Below, in pieces: positions 27,261 through 41,099 of a DNA stretch of 64,000 bases (its first letter is position 1; the number at the start of each line of letters is the position of its first letter). Where the stretch lies: positions 61,504,001 to 61,568,000 of the forward strand of contig NC_043008.1 of the NCBI RefSeq assembly GCF_006345805.1, written 5' to 3'. The notes under the pieces were generated by a model. The model had not been told where the DNA came from. It saw only the letters and a list, made by a program, of their open reading frames with translations, and did not search any database. The position numbers and the translations under genes were made by a program. The stretch is from Octopus sinensis (lineage: Eukaryota).

Positions 27261-28006
27261 TGTGTTTGTGTGTGTGTATATACGTACATACGTACGTATG
27301 TATGTATATTTGTAAGTGTGCCTGTGTACGTGTATTTTTCTCAAGAATGTATCGATCTGTACAGAAGTCTGAACTAGAATTTTACGATCAAGAGCACAAC
27401 ACTTTATTGCAGGTTGCTCTAGTCCACACAGCCGGCATAATTGAATAATACTGTAACAGTCCAGCGCGCTGCCCAGCGTGCTATCCAGCATGTTGCACGG
27501 CATAGAAATGAATAAGTTACATAATCTAGGGAACCAGCTATATACGGTGATATCGAAAGAGAAAGACTGCTCAACACCGCAATGGTTGATAACTACTCTC
27601 TCTTTGTGGGTTAGTAAGGCTAAGATTGGTTTCGTAGTGAGGCCTTACTCAGCACCTTGCAAGAATGCAACATGGTCCTCGTCTCCATCTGTGATGAGAA
27701 TACACAAACACACACACACATATATATATGTCATTTAGAGATAGAGGTCCCCATGCAATTCATGAACTCCCAATATACATCACACCATATTATAGAATTT
27801 TATTTTAATACTTACTATTTCAGTTCCAAATTTCTTTTCTACACCTGTTTCATGAGGTGCGTTTAACGTTCCCGAGACTCTAACTCTTTTTCAGAAACAT
27901 GTCTTAATTGCAAACCCAATCATCAGTAGTCTCCATAACTTTTTAGAATTCTATAACTATTCCTATATTTTTATATTTTATATTTTATCTGTTAAAATAA
28001 GAAAAC

Positions 28007-28042
28007 TGTCCGACGAACGGGAACGTGAAACTCTGAGTAACA
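28007..28042 (+). ncRNA. Hammerhead-ribozyme-like motif with U4C core variant (Penelope pLTR type)
   Basis: TGT-CCGACGA-ACG-GGAA-CGT-GAAA-CTC-T-GAG-TA-ACA: stems I, II and III are all complementary, GUA triplet; lies ~105 nt upstream of (TA)n at 28148. Confidence 0.5.
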
Positions 28043-28150
28043 TCTCTTGTAATATTTCTGCTGCTTTTAAATAAGGCGTATTACTCTACCTCGGGTATTT
28101 GAGTACTCTCTTTCCCTCCTTGTTTAACATTTATGTGCTTACTCCGGTAT

Positions 28151-28206
<56 letters not shown>

Positions 28207-29452
28207 CACAAAACCATACGCTCACACACACGTATGTATGTTTGTATGCATTTATATATGCATATGTATTGATAGTTTTTAATCAATAATATTCTTTGTC
28301 ACGAACATTAACAATGAAATGCGAGAATAGCGTTGCCGTTCTTTCAATATGACAATGCAAATTTTTACAATCTTTTTGTCTGAAATATTTAGATACAGAC
28401 GTAATCCTTATTACACACATTTCATTTTAATTTCAATATATGGTCTATATCTGTGAAACATTCTATCATGAAAACTGGAAACAAGATTTTTCATCAGAAA
28501 ATATCGAACTAAATCAAAAACGAAAAATAAAACGGCATAGTTTTCTATTCTTCATGTCTTTGAATTAAAAATAGAGCAATTTTAGATAAATGATGAATAG
28601 CTAATATTATTTTTCAATCCATGTTTTTCGAGAATATTTTTTAATAATTATTTATTTCTAAGAATATTATCATATGATTTTTTTGATGGTTCTTCTTGTA
28701 GATATATATTTATATACAAATGTAATAAATTTTGAAAATATTTTTGTTTGCGCTTTCTCTTTCGGCATATCTGTTTTTTTTCCTCTTAAACCAAGCTATT
28801 TTATATTATTATAGATATAAGTGCAATATTGAACTATATTTTTTATTGTCACACTTGTGAAATTAATCAAAAAGGTCAAAAGGTGCTTTCTATATATCAA
28901 CACGTTTTGATACTCTATCACAATTAAAACAAAAATATTGCATTTGATTTATGACTTCTAGTCATATATTTGTGAAATCACTGGATTTTTAAGCTTTTCC
29001 TTTCTTTTTATTTCTTGTATATATTTCCAGCATATCTTTCCTTATTTTACTTTTATGTTTTCATATGTGAATTGTGAAAAATGCTAATTCTAATGTTGTT
29101 AATTATCTGAAATTACAGAACTGAAAAACAAACGAAAATTCAATGCAAAAAGCAGTATTCTCAATATAAGAAAAACAATTCCAGCTAATATGAAGTAGAT
29201 AAAGCAGTTATAAATGTATTATAAATAAAACTACCATCAGCAAAATATCATCTGAATCTCTAAACGAAAGATTTCTAGTTTTCTATCAAACTAAATAGAA
29301 ATTATTTTCTCTTCAATTTATAATTGGATTCATAAATGTCAAACGTGATTCAGTGCTACACGTGAAATAATCGGTATATAGAAACTCTTTGCTTACTCTT
29401 AATTAAAATGCGTAATTGTATATTCTGATGTCATTACTAATAAATTATACGA

Positions 29453-29860
29453 GGTTGCGAGCTGGCAGAATCATTAGCACGCCGGGCATAATGCTTAGCG
29501 GCATTTCGTCTGGCTTTTTGTTCTGAGTTCAAATTCCGCCGAGGTCGATTTGCCTTTCATCCTTTCGGGGTCGATTAAATAAGTACCAGTTACGCACTGG
29601 GGTCGATATAATCGACTTAATCCGTTTTTCTGTCCTTGTTTGTCCTCTCTGTGTTTGGCCCCTTTTGGGTAGTAAAGAAATAGGCATTTCGTCTGGCTTC
29701 ATACTCTCTGTTCAAACTCCGTCGAGGTCGACTTTTCCTTTCATCCTTTCGAGGTCAATAAAATAAGTACATAAGTATCAGCTGAACGATGGGGTCGATG
29801 TAATCGATTCATCTCCTCCCTCAAAAGGGCTGCCCTTGTGGCAAAATTTTATACAATTAT
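29453..29860 (+). mobile_element. SINE family A (head, one unit, terminal unit)
   Basis: Same architecture as 9756-10162. Confidence 0.85.
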
Positions 29861-31998
29861 CAATACCTTATACATAAACCAAAAAAGTTGCATTGAAGTC
29901 GATTTTGTTGTCGTTCATTTTTATCTCTCACGCTCCAATAACCTGTCTGACTCATTCTAATTTTAGCTCCCTTTGTTACTGTTAGTATAATATTTACTGA
30001 ACTGAAAAACTAGAAAGCGACTTAACATCTTGACATCGGTTAATCGTTGCACCTGTATCTTCTTTTTGCTTATTACTTCTATCGTGTTTGTTACGCGCCT
30101 TAATTGACAGATTCACACATGTTGGTGATCATATTAAAAAGGAAAGAGACATAGGAAAGCCGGCACGACATCTTTAAAAAGATGATGTGAATAGAAAGGC
30201 TGGAAACTTTTCATCTGTCAAAGATTAGATATAACTTACCTAGGGGTAAATGTAGCTGCAATGAATTCTTTCAAATTGGATCTTAACGTATATCTCACTT
30301 CTTGTTACTTAATATGCACAAAAGTAGCTATGTCCAACAACACTGTGAATCAACTTAGACTTCACCGATTGGTGATTCGATCGTATCTACTATGTGACAT
30401 AAAAAATTTATACTGGCGAAGAAATTATCTGTGTATCCTTTACAATTTCCAGACTAAAAGTAAACGACATTATCCTGATAAATAAGTTATCACTATAAAT
30501 AATGCGATAGAGTATGCAACAGTACGAACAAAACCACATTTTACATGCTAGAAAAACACACATACTGTAATCACTTAGATTGAACAATAGATATAGTTGT
30601 AGACTAGCTATAGATGAAGAAGTATGGAGATTTGACCATATATGTTTAAATTCCTTCTTCGCTGAGGAGAATTATGCGGCTGCTTTTCGTTTCGAATCCA
30701 TGTAGTTAAAATAGGTATATGGAAAGTATTACTGATGCCGAATGCATTCTTAGCGAACACTTCACATTAGATGTTATGGAAAGGGAAAACACTGCAAGGG
30801 ACAAGTACTGCGATCTAGCTGGATATCTATGAAACATATTTCCATGCTAGCATAACTGTGCCTTCTGAAATATTGATTACAAGGTTTGAATCATTTCGTA
30901 TACATCTAAATTCTTGAAATTAAAATTGGTATTAAACTCTCCGATTTCATAAGCTACGGGGATGGTTAGAAAATACTTTGAACATGCAGTTTTGTTTCTC
31001 ATCACGATCTGTACAACTGTGCCTGCTTTAAGAGTAGAACATTGTTTGAAGCATCTAGCCTACGTCTCTCCTTTGTTTACGTTCGGTTTTATTTCTTGGT
31101 AGTTCTCACCACTAACTAAAATGTTAAGGATAATTTTCATTGATGTTGATTGTACCTATGTTCATAAAACATTTCTCCCAAACTTTCGCTGATACCATTG
31201 AAAGTAAATAGTTGTATTAATATGAACGTTAATAAGCATTTCCTCACATGTGGCACTAAATTGAATTCTTCAACAACAAGTATATACGAGATAGTCCTTC
31301 TATCTACTTGAAATTGCCTCATACCTCCTAATAACAGCGAAGTTGAGTAATGGCAATACGATTCATCCTTATCGCAGTATTATTAGCTTAATCTGAATAG
31401 ATTTTAAAATTCTGTTTTTAATCAGGTCTTTTTGACACTAAATACTTTTATTTCTAAGTTTTTAGTAAATTTAGACATTTGCATTTGATAATTTGTGATA
31501 CTTTTGTTTCGACATAATCTTTTACAGATCTCCATGTACCTAGGTTGAGGACCTCAGAATGTTGCAAAATAAACTGGACAACGGAGTTTGATTGAATTTA
31601 AAAACCAAAATTAAAGTAGCTAAATAGAAAATTGTATTTCGTTTGATGTTTTATCGATTCTGTCACCTTAACCGTCGTATAACGTTATTGCATATAAATA
31701 ACGTATGTAGTGTAGTACAAAATAGTCTAATCATATTTACAGCCCGTATAATTAAACCCAAAACATCAAAGGTGAAAGGAATGAAATGTTGGTAATTTAA
31801 ATAACATTTCATTAATGCTAGAAGGCAATATTTTCTTAGATGAGATAAAGGCAAAATCTGTATTAGAAGTCTCAAAAAGTGCCGTATCACAAAGTTTTAA
31901 TTTTTCCAGAAAACTACTCATTTGGACTGATGTAATTCATACAAAGCATGTAATCACCTGTTCAGACCTTCCTAACCCGGGAATGATAAGGGTGAGGT

Positions 31999-32072
<74 letters not shown>

Positions 32073-32959
32073 TGGGTTATAGTGTCTTATTTTTATAAAT
32101 GAACCAATTTCATCTTTAAAGAAATATTTGAGGAATGTTCACCTCAATACCAGCTGCCCCGCCATGAGTTAGAACATTAGATGTGACATGAATATTGTTT
32201 AGACGAACGAAAACAATTCTTGATAACACATCTCCATAGATTTATCCATTAAACATCTCGAGAAACAGGGGCAGTGGGATTGACACGTAGCTATGCATAA
32301 GGTGATAATATAGAAATTATACCTGTTATTCATAATCTATTAATGAAAAATTTCAAACAATAAGTTGCTTAGCTTTCATATATGCTGGATTTCATATTAA
32401 ATGCAAATAACTAAATATTCGATGAAAGCGTATATATTCACAGTTTTCAAAGAGCTCAGTTAAACTTAGTCGATGCGTGTACAAGGTACAGAATTAATTA
32501 TTTCAACTCATTGAAACAGCAAAAATATGTGTTACTAAATATGCCTGTTTAAGACTGTTTATATTGAAACTTGTTGATATTCTGTAGTTCACTTTGTGAG
32601 AGATTCGGAAAGGAAATGCAAATGATATGAAAAGGTAAATCGTTGTATCTATGGAGAATTATAAAAACTGATATTTCAATTAAAATGTAATAATAGCTTA
32701 TCACTTTTTTCTCGTGATAGGATTAAAAAATGAACTATATTTATGATTAATCATTCCATTCCCCTGGCTTTAAAAGCAATTTTAAGAGAACCCACCAAAG
32801 CTCCATTATGTCGCACAGCAAAGAATTTAAACGGAACGTAATTTTCTTTATGTTCAATTGAAGAACTGTAAAATTAAATTTTGAGATTTGAATATACTTT
32901 TCTCGGTGCAGTAAACGAGAAATTTGTTTTCTTAATTTCGAACAACTTTTATAAATTCT

Positions 32960-33398
32960 GGGCGGCGTAAGTCAGCACTAGAAGAAAAAGTACCATCTTT
33001 ACTTTCAGGACGAAAGTTGTCCTTTCATCAGGATAATGCTTGGCCACATACAGCAAAGATAATTTTAAGTTTGAAGAAATTTGAATGGGAAAAGATACCC
33101 CATTCACCATATTCGCTGGATATTGCTCCATCTGATTATCACTCATTTCGTAGTCTTCAAAATCATTTGGACGGAAAAAATATGAATTCTGTAGATTAGG
33201 GCAGAACAGTACTGGAGGAGCATTTTTCGTATCTGACAAATGAATTTTGGCAGAATTTTGCAAATCTACCAGATTGATGGAAGAGTATCTTAGAAAATGA
33301 GGGAGAATATATTTTAGATTAAAAATGAACCTTGTTTATCTTAATTTTCAAAAATAAAAGAAGTATATAAAACCTGCATTATTTATGGGATGGCCCAA
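32960..33398 (+). mobile_element. Mariner transposon 3' remnant (catalytic region plus right TIR)
   Basis: FHQDNAWPHTA..IPHSPYSLDIAPSDYHSFRSLQNHLDGK contains the HDNARPH and YSPDLAPSD motifs; ends ..TTTATGGGATGGCCCAA followed by TA. Confidence 0.85.
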
Positions 33399-33599
33399 TA
33401 TTAAAAAAAATATTATGTCAATCACTTGTTTCTGCCTTCCATTCTGCAAAGATAATCTCCAATCAGATAAATAACAAAAGTAGAATCATGTAATAATAAT
33501 AATAATGATAGTAGCAATGTTGATAATAAGAACAAAAACAATATAGAGAACAGCAGCAAAAACAGAAATAATAAAATTAATGGTTTTAAATGTTGTTAC

Positions 33600-33985
33600 A
33601 AACCCAGCAAGTACGGAGAGGGGGTTTCGTCGACACCACGGCTCGATTAGTACTCATTATGTCGACTCCAAGTGTATGAAACGCTATATCGACTTAGGCA
33701 GAAATTGAACTCAGAACGTGAATTCGGCGTGGTGACGACCCCGGCAACTCGCTTCCTTACTCATGGAAACTAATTATAAGTTTCAAATTTTGGTACAAGG
33801 TCAGCACTCACGGGGCGGGTTAAAAATTAATTACACCGTCCTCAGTGCTAATTTGGTACTTATTTCATCGACCCAGAAAGGATGACAGCCTAGCCGGAAT
33901 TTGAACTTATAACATGAAGACGGATGCAATGCAGCCGGACATTTGCATGGTGTGCTAACGATCTTGCTAGCACACACTGTCTTAG
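33600..33985 (-). mobile_element. Two degenerate SINE family A fragments
   Basis: AATTGAACTCAGAACG at ~33705; TTTGGTACAAGG tail and GGAATTTGAAC at 33785-33910. Confidence 0.5.
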
Positions 33986-34317
33986 GGTAACAACTTACTG
34001 CAAGAGAAAACTTCCAACATGCTAACGACTCTGCTAGTCCATTTACAACCATATTTGATCCAAGTCTGTTTCATGTCTAGGTTTACTATATTATAGATAC
34101 AGTTTAGAGAGTGTGTGATTAAAGTTGCACCCTTCAAATGCTAAATAACTAAGGATCGAATTGTATATAGTGCTTCAATTTAACCATATCTTACTGACTT
34201 TTATTTTAAGAACCGTTTAACTCTACATACACATATATTTCTCATGTAACACATGAGCTTCCATTAAAGAGCAGTGACATTTATTCAAAGAGAGCATTAT
34301 ATTTCATATTGTTCAAG

Positions 34318-34912
34318 GGCGGCGAGCTGACAGAATCGTTAACACACTGGGCGAAATGCTTAACGGTTTTTCGTCTGCCGCTACGTTCTGAGTTCAAATT
34401 CCGCCGAGGTCGACTTTGCCTTTCATACTTTCGGGGTCGATTAATTAATTACCAGTTACGCACTGGGGTCGATATAATCGACTTAATCCGTTTGTCTGTC
34501 CTTGTTTGTCCTCTCTGTGTTTAGTCCCTTGTGGGTAGTAAAGAAAGTGGTATTTCGATTGTCTTTACGTTCGGAGTTCAAATTCCACCGAGGTCGACTT
34601 TGCTTTTCATCCTTTCGGGGTCGATAAATTAAGTACCAGTTACGCACTGGGGTCGATACAATCGACTTCATCCGTTTGTCTGTCCTTGCTTGCCCTCTTT
34701 GTGTTTAGTCCCTTGTGGGTAGTAAAGAAAGAGGTATTTCGATTGTCTTTACGTTCGAAGTTCAAATTCCACCGAGGTCGACTTTGCCTTTCATAATTTT
34801 TTTTATTTTTGGAGTCGATAAATTAAATACGAGTTGCGTAATGTGGTCGATTTAATCGAGTGGTCCCCTCCCCCAAAATTTCGGGCGTTGTGCCTCGAAT
34901 AGAAAAGAATAT
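34318..34912 (+). mobile_element. SINE family A (head, two full 184-bp units, terminal unit)
   Basis: Units restart at GGT(A/T)TTTCG at 34365, 34549 and 34733 (period 184). Confidence 0.9.
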
Positions 34913-35695
34913 TTTTTGAATTTGAAAAATTTCAAAATTTTTGAATGGCTTAAAAGCTTTACCTTTGAAGTACAACTTCAAAAACAGAAAGAAAATCATT
35001 GGAAATTCATTTACATCATTCTCAAATTGAAGTTTTTATTTAAACATTACTTTAATCGCAAATTAAGTAGGGACATTTTAAGGTTAATACTTACGATCCC
35101 GCACGCGCACGCACACGCACACATATTACCTTTTACGTATATATTTGCATAAGCTTCAAATCGAAAATCAACGGTCGATCGGAGATGAGCCAATGGCTCC
35201 TATAAAAACATCACGGCGACTACAACCGATATCATAATATATGCCTCCAACACCATCTTCCATCAGGGTATCACGTGAAAATTACGTCATAACAATAAGT
35301 AGTTGGACAAGTTGTTGCTATTGCTAACTCAAATGCCGAGCAGTTGAAATATCATGTCATCCCATAAGTTCTGTCCGATTTTAGGTTTTTTAAAATTGAA
35401 TTAATTTTAATAGTATTTTAGAATGTTTAATGGAATTAAAAATTATTTTTATGCATTTGTTTATATTTAAACTAATTAAATATTATTTTACAGAATAATA
35501 GAATTAATATTTCTTTAGTTAAAACCCTTTCTAATATGGAAGTATCCAAAGAGCTGTAGCCTTCTGAGGGCGGACTTTGCGCTTTAAATATAAAGGTGTT
35601 TGTAAAACTTTCTGAATTATTTAATGCTCTCTTATTTTCCTCTTTTTCTACTTCTATACAACAATGCTTCAAGCGAACTATAACGCTCTTATATC

Positions 35696-35747
<52 letters not shown>

Positions 35748-37910
35748 ATATATAATATCGCTGAGTCAAACTGATTTACATTGGAACGACGAGGTTGCTA
35801 GACCTGATTATGCATGTTGTATTAGAATATCGAGTTAGTGATGACGTATGAATCAATAGCCGGCACCTTTGCGGTAGCTCGTCGATATATACGTGCGTAT
35901 ATGCCTGTATATGTATATGCGTGAATATATATATATGTTTTGTGTGTTTCTCAAGTGAAGTTTAATGGGCGTAATGTTGTGTCTATACTTCAGTCAGTCA
36001 GAAAATACTCCTAGGTAATTGTGAAAGAAGCAAAGCAATTACATTATGCCTTTGAACATAAGGAACTAGTTTAATGTGAGTAATTGTACATGTTCTTAAG
36101 AACAGCTTGCTTTTAAGATTATCTATTACCCTTTATCCAATGTCTTAACTATCTACAGCACCATACACAAATATTGAACCCATAGATTCTAACTAATGTA
36201 GATATTTTATTCGTGGAAGTTTGATAAAACCGCCATGAAAACTAGTTCTCCTATTTGCTATATATTTACTATTTTATGCAAGACTGGACAAACTTGAAAT
36301 AAAAGCTGAAAGCTTTTGAGTACACAATTCACTCACTAAGCCACGGTTTTACTGGAAAGATAAAATAAACAGTCAGATGGACACATGAACATCACTGAAG
36401 TTATCAACTCTTAAAATCAATCTACTTTAAATGATACTTCGATTGAAACAGAGAAACTAAAAGGCCATATATTAATTCTACATCAGATGTAATGGTTGAA
36501 CACATATTAGATATAGCTTTCGTTATAAATGGTGGTAACATCAGCGAAACTGTCCTGCCTTCTCAAGCATTTAATAAAAGGACAGCTATTATTTGAACTA
36601 GGCGGAACATTGTTATTAATACAATTCCAATTAGTACCATTTTTCAGTTGGCTAAATGTCAATGCATTTTCAATGACTGGAAATTGCTTTCTACTAAAAT
36701 AGACTTAGATCTTGTAAATATACTGTAATAACAACAAAAGCGAAAACAATAATATCAAGAGTAAGTACTTGTTTTACAACAACACTAAAATAATTTCTAA
36801 TATAGACACAATGTATGGACATTTTTGAAGTTGTCGATGAAATGGACCCCAGTACTTGACTGGGATTTATTTAATCGGATCGTATGTATGAAAGGTAAAT
36901 TCAGCAGCGTCAGGATTTCAATCCCTAAACTGCAACCCGTGCGTTATGTTGCTTCCGTTTATGCATCTCTTGTTAAAGTTTGTAATAATTTATCCAGCAT
37001 AAATTTGTAGAATCATATTTCAGTGTAGCTGAAGAAACTTTTCATACTATATAAACCTCAATATTAAGATGATTGATTAACATAAAGACATCTATGGTGT
37101 AGTAATCTATGAATCTTTGACAATAACTTAAAGATTTTTGTAAACAGACGAGCGTAATCGGTTTTCGATATCAGTAAGACATTTACATAAACGTTTGTAA
37201 AACTAGTTATATAAGATTTCTGTATACATATTTATATAATAGATACATAGTTTTCATGATATAGTTATTACTTCTTAACAAGGGAGTAAGTATTTATGAC
37301 GATGTTTGTGTGGATGTGGTTAGCTAAGCCTGACAAGCTGTAAGATTAGTTAAAATCTTTAAATCTAAGCACAATTTTCAACTTAATCCAGGTGGTAACG
37401 CTACCAGTCTTACTATCATTCATGGACAATATCGTCGTTGCGTGGTGCACATATCTAAATAGAAGGCATACTCTGCTATAAACTGCATTAAGACCTGTGT
37501 CAACACCGAAGTAATTACCCGCAAAAACGAATAAACTCTGACCTGCCAAACACGCAATCGTAAATGCCACGGGTATTTCATTACTTTATATTCCTGTCCT
37601 AACATTTCATATACCGGTGAAATTAAAGGTAGTTTCTTGACATTGGCATTAAAATGTGCAGATCCACGTTGAGCAATCCATACAACAACCGCAAAAATTT
37701 TCTTTGGAAGGCGTGGAGCTGAAAATAATATTCCCAACCCATTCTGGCCCTTTAAGTCCACATTACTACTTTCTTTCAGTGATCTCACTTATTCCCACCA
37801 GTCTTCATAACCGCGTGTCTAAGAGGAAGTGATGTATTATGAATAATGTAAATTTTCTTATTTGGAGACACATCTGCCCTTAGTACGTCGGAAATGCTAA
37901 TAATAATAAC

Positions 37911-37969
<59 letters not shown>

Positions 37970-37993
37970 GAAGAAGAAGAAGAAGAAGAAGAA

Positions 37994-38462
37994 GAAAGCA
38001 ACCATACTCTGGGATATGCCGATACACACAGATAGAGAAATTAAGGCCAACAGACCAGATATAGTTGTCAGAGACCATGAAGAAAAAAATGCTTTATAAT
38101 TGATGTATCAATACCGGCTGATGACAACGTGTCTCTAAAAGAAATGGAGAAACTCTCAAAATACAAAGACCTGGAAATAGAGGTAACTAGAATGTGGAAT
38201 CTGAAAACAGAAACAATTCCTATCATAGTAGGTGCATTAGGCATGATAAAAAAATATTCAGACAAATACATAACAAAAACACCAGGACTTACAAACACAT
38301 ATAACATACAGAAAATTGCACTACTAGGCACTGCACACATCCTACGCAGAACACTTTCCATACAATAACCATCAGAGCATCACAACAAATCACAGCACAT
38401 ACCCAAGGCACACAGAACTGCGCTCGGTAGTGAAGTGAAAGCACGCTATAAAAATAAAACTA

Positions 38463-38465
<3 letters not shown>
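37994..38465 (+). mobile_element. R4/Dong-clade non-LTR retrotransposon, 5'-truncated (restriction-like endonuclease domain plus 3' UTR), within an (AAT)n array
   Basis: ATILWDMPIHTDREIKANRPDIVV..IDVSIPADDNVSLKEMEKLSKYKDLEIEV..IPIIVGALG..LLGTAHILRRTLSIQ* (PD..D..KxxKY endonuclease motifs); (AAT)n(AAG)n on the left, (AAT)n on the right. Confidence 0.9.
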
Positions 38466-38520
<55 letters not shown>

Positions 38521-38654
38521 TAATAATATAATAATAATAATAATGATAATAATAGTAATAATAATATTAATAATAATAATAATAATAATAATAATTATAA
38601 TAATGATAATAATAATATTAATAATAATAACATTAATAATAATAATAATAGTAA

Positions 38655-39651
38655 TGTTGAAGGAAATGCGCCAACTGCTGCTGCAATGAAAATAAAATTA
38701 ATTGCAAAACAAAAGCACATGAAAAATTAGCTAGCAGATGGAAACAGAAACCTCTGCACGGCAAGTATGTGACCCGTAACAAACAAGCTGATATCGACCA
38801 GAAACACACGCATCAATGGTTACGAAGCTCAGAGAGTGAAGTTTTCATATTAGCTACTCAACACCAAAGCTTACTAACCCGGATCTACCAAGTCAATGTG
38901 ATAAAAAATGGAGCTGACCCAAAATGCCGATTCTGTAACGATGAGATTGAAACTTTAGGCCACCTAATCTCAGGGTGTAGAGTCTTAGCACCTGTAGAAT
39001 ATAAAGGCAAGACATGACAGAGTTGGCCAGTATTTACACTGGACAATATGTCGGCTTTATAAAATCAAAACCGCTGACAAATGGTATAAACACCATTCTG
39101 AAGGTGTGACTAGGGAAAAAATGTGTCGATTCTATGGGACTTACCCGTACATACCGACAAACCTATAAAAGCTAATAAACCGGATATTATCATAAACGAT
39201 CAGACAAAAAAGGTGTTTCTTAATTGACATGAGTATTCCTTGAGATCACAGTATAGCGGCGAAAGAATTTGACAAGATCAGTAAATATAAAGACTTGCTA
39301 AAAGAAATTGAAAAATGTCGCATCCTAAGGTGACTACAGTACCAGTGATTGTAGGATTTCTAGGAATGATAAAAAAGTTATTGAAAACTATTTGAAAATG
39401 ATATCAGGCGTATCATCCCTACAGGAAGTGCAAGAAATCGTGTTCGCTGGAACGACGCATGTGCTGACAAAGGCATTATCGCTGTGAAAAGAACATCCAT
39501 TCATGAATGTCTATATTTATTAATTTTTTAAATACATAGTCTACCTGTGAATTTGCGTGTGTAATCTGAGAATGCATACAATGAGCTTCTCTGCCCGAGG
39601 TGTACGGAAAACACTCGGCGAGAAATGGAAGAAAATTTGAAGAAAGAAGGA

Positions 39652-39652
<1 letters not shown>
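38655..39652 (+). mobile_element. R4/Dong-clade retrotransposon, 5'-truncated (zinc knuckle, endonuclease, 3' UTR), within an (AAT)n array
   Basis: RWKQKPLHGKY..QWL..SESEVFILATQHQSL..DPKCRFCNDEIETLGHLISGC..ANKPDII..KEFDKISKYKDL..GTTHVLTKALSL* with frameshifts; (AAT)n on both sides. Confidence 0.9.
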
Positions 39653-39750
<98 letters not shown>

Positions 39751-40229
39751 AATAATAATAATAATAATAATAAATAATAATAATAATAATAACTTGCATG
39801 ATGATATGTATTATTATTTTACAGCTTTAAAATACATCTGTTAATATAGAAGTATTGTAACATCAAAAGCAAAAAGGAACTTACAAAAATGCTATTGAGC
39901 TGCCATTTAAAACATTTTCAAATATTTCTTCAAATAAATTACGTTTTGTGAATAATTTTATAGAGAACTTGACTATTTTTCCACGTGTAATAGTATTCAT
40001 GAACACTAAGTAACTATACTCACACAAGTAAACCACAGAGCATAAACTGGTACGTTATTCAAATGTATGTTCGAGAGAACATTATCAAAGGTGAATCAGA
40101 GTTAAATGATATTTAGATATTAAAAAAAATTTGTATAAGAAATACAATGAATATATTATGCAAAATGTAGTGTCCCCAGAAATGAAGATAACGGTACTTG
40201 ATGATATTCCAACGTACAGGCATAGAAAT

Positions 40230-40930
40230 GAAGGCGAATATTACTACAAGTGGTCTAGACACCTACCTGGAAAATTCTGATAGCTGGATATTAAAACTTA
40301 TCTCAAAACATGAAAACAAGAAAGCATCATACTCAGTAACAAAACAGGCAAAGGAATATCTAAGTGAATTCCAAATACAACAAATTCAAGAATTAGACGT
40401 ACTGGAAACAAGTACAGAAAAATCTAACCGTATGAAAACCCGTGCTAAAACTGCTGCCTTATCGTTACAATAAATGGCAAGAAAAACCTCTCAATGGAAA
40501 ATACCGAAAGAGAGCTAATAGTGCAGATGTTGACAAAGCCCTTACCTATCAATGGTTAGTGTCCACTTGCTACAAATCAGAAACAGAAGCGTTTAACATA
40601 CCAGCCCAAGATCAATACCTATTTCTTTACTACCCTCAAGGGGCTAAACATAGAGGGGGCAAACAAGGACAGACAAACGGATTAAGTCGATTACATCGAC
40701 CCCCAGTACGTAACTGGTACTTAATTTTTCGACCCCGAAAGGATGAAAGGCAAAGTCAACTTCGGCGGAATTTGAACTCAGAATGTAACGGCAGACGAAA
40801 TACGTCTACGCATTTCGCCCGGCGTGCTAACGTTTCTGCCAGCTCGCCGCCCAAGATCAATACCTACCTACAAGGAACTACCAGGCTAAAACTAAAACTT
40901 CCGCACGACGATGTCTCAGATTTTGGACGT
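40230..40930 (+). mobile_element. R4/Dong-clade internal fragment interrupted by a SINE
   Basis: GLDTYLENSDSWILKLI..KWQEKPLNGKY..QWL..KSETEAFNIPAQDQYL, which resumes after the SINE as PTRNYQAK. Confidence 0.8.
40622..40851 (-). mobile_element. SINE family A monomer with target-site duplication
   Basis: CAAGATCAATACCTA duplicated at 40607-40621 and 40852-40866. Confidence 0.92.
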
Positions 40931-41099
40931 AGACTCAGTTACTGCCCAAGAACTAACAATTTCGACAAGAATAAACTAGTTTAAGGGCTATATCAGTTTG
41001 TCCACTGACACAAGCTGAAGAAATAGAATTGATGTTAATAAAATTGATGATGATTGAATCTGGCATAATTGGATTGAAAAGAATCGCAATTCGTACCCA

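Noticed and set aside
30229-30250. U1 snRNA 5' end (ACTTACCT..GGGG)
   Set aside because: Only the first few bases match and no U1 stem-loops follow. It may equally be a minus-strand AG/GTAAGT donor, for which I found no convincing exon.
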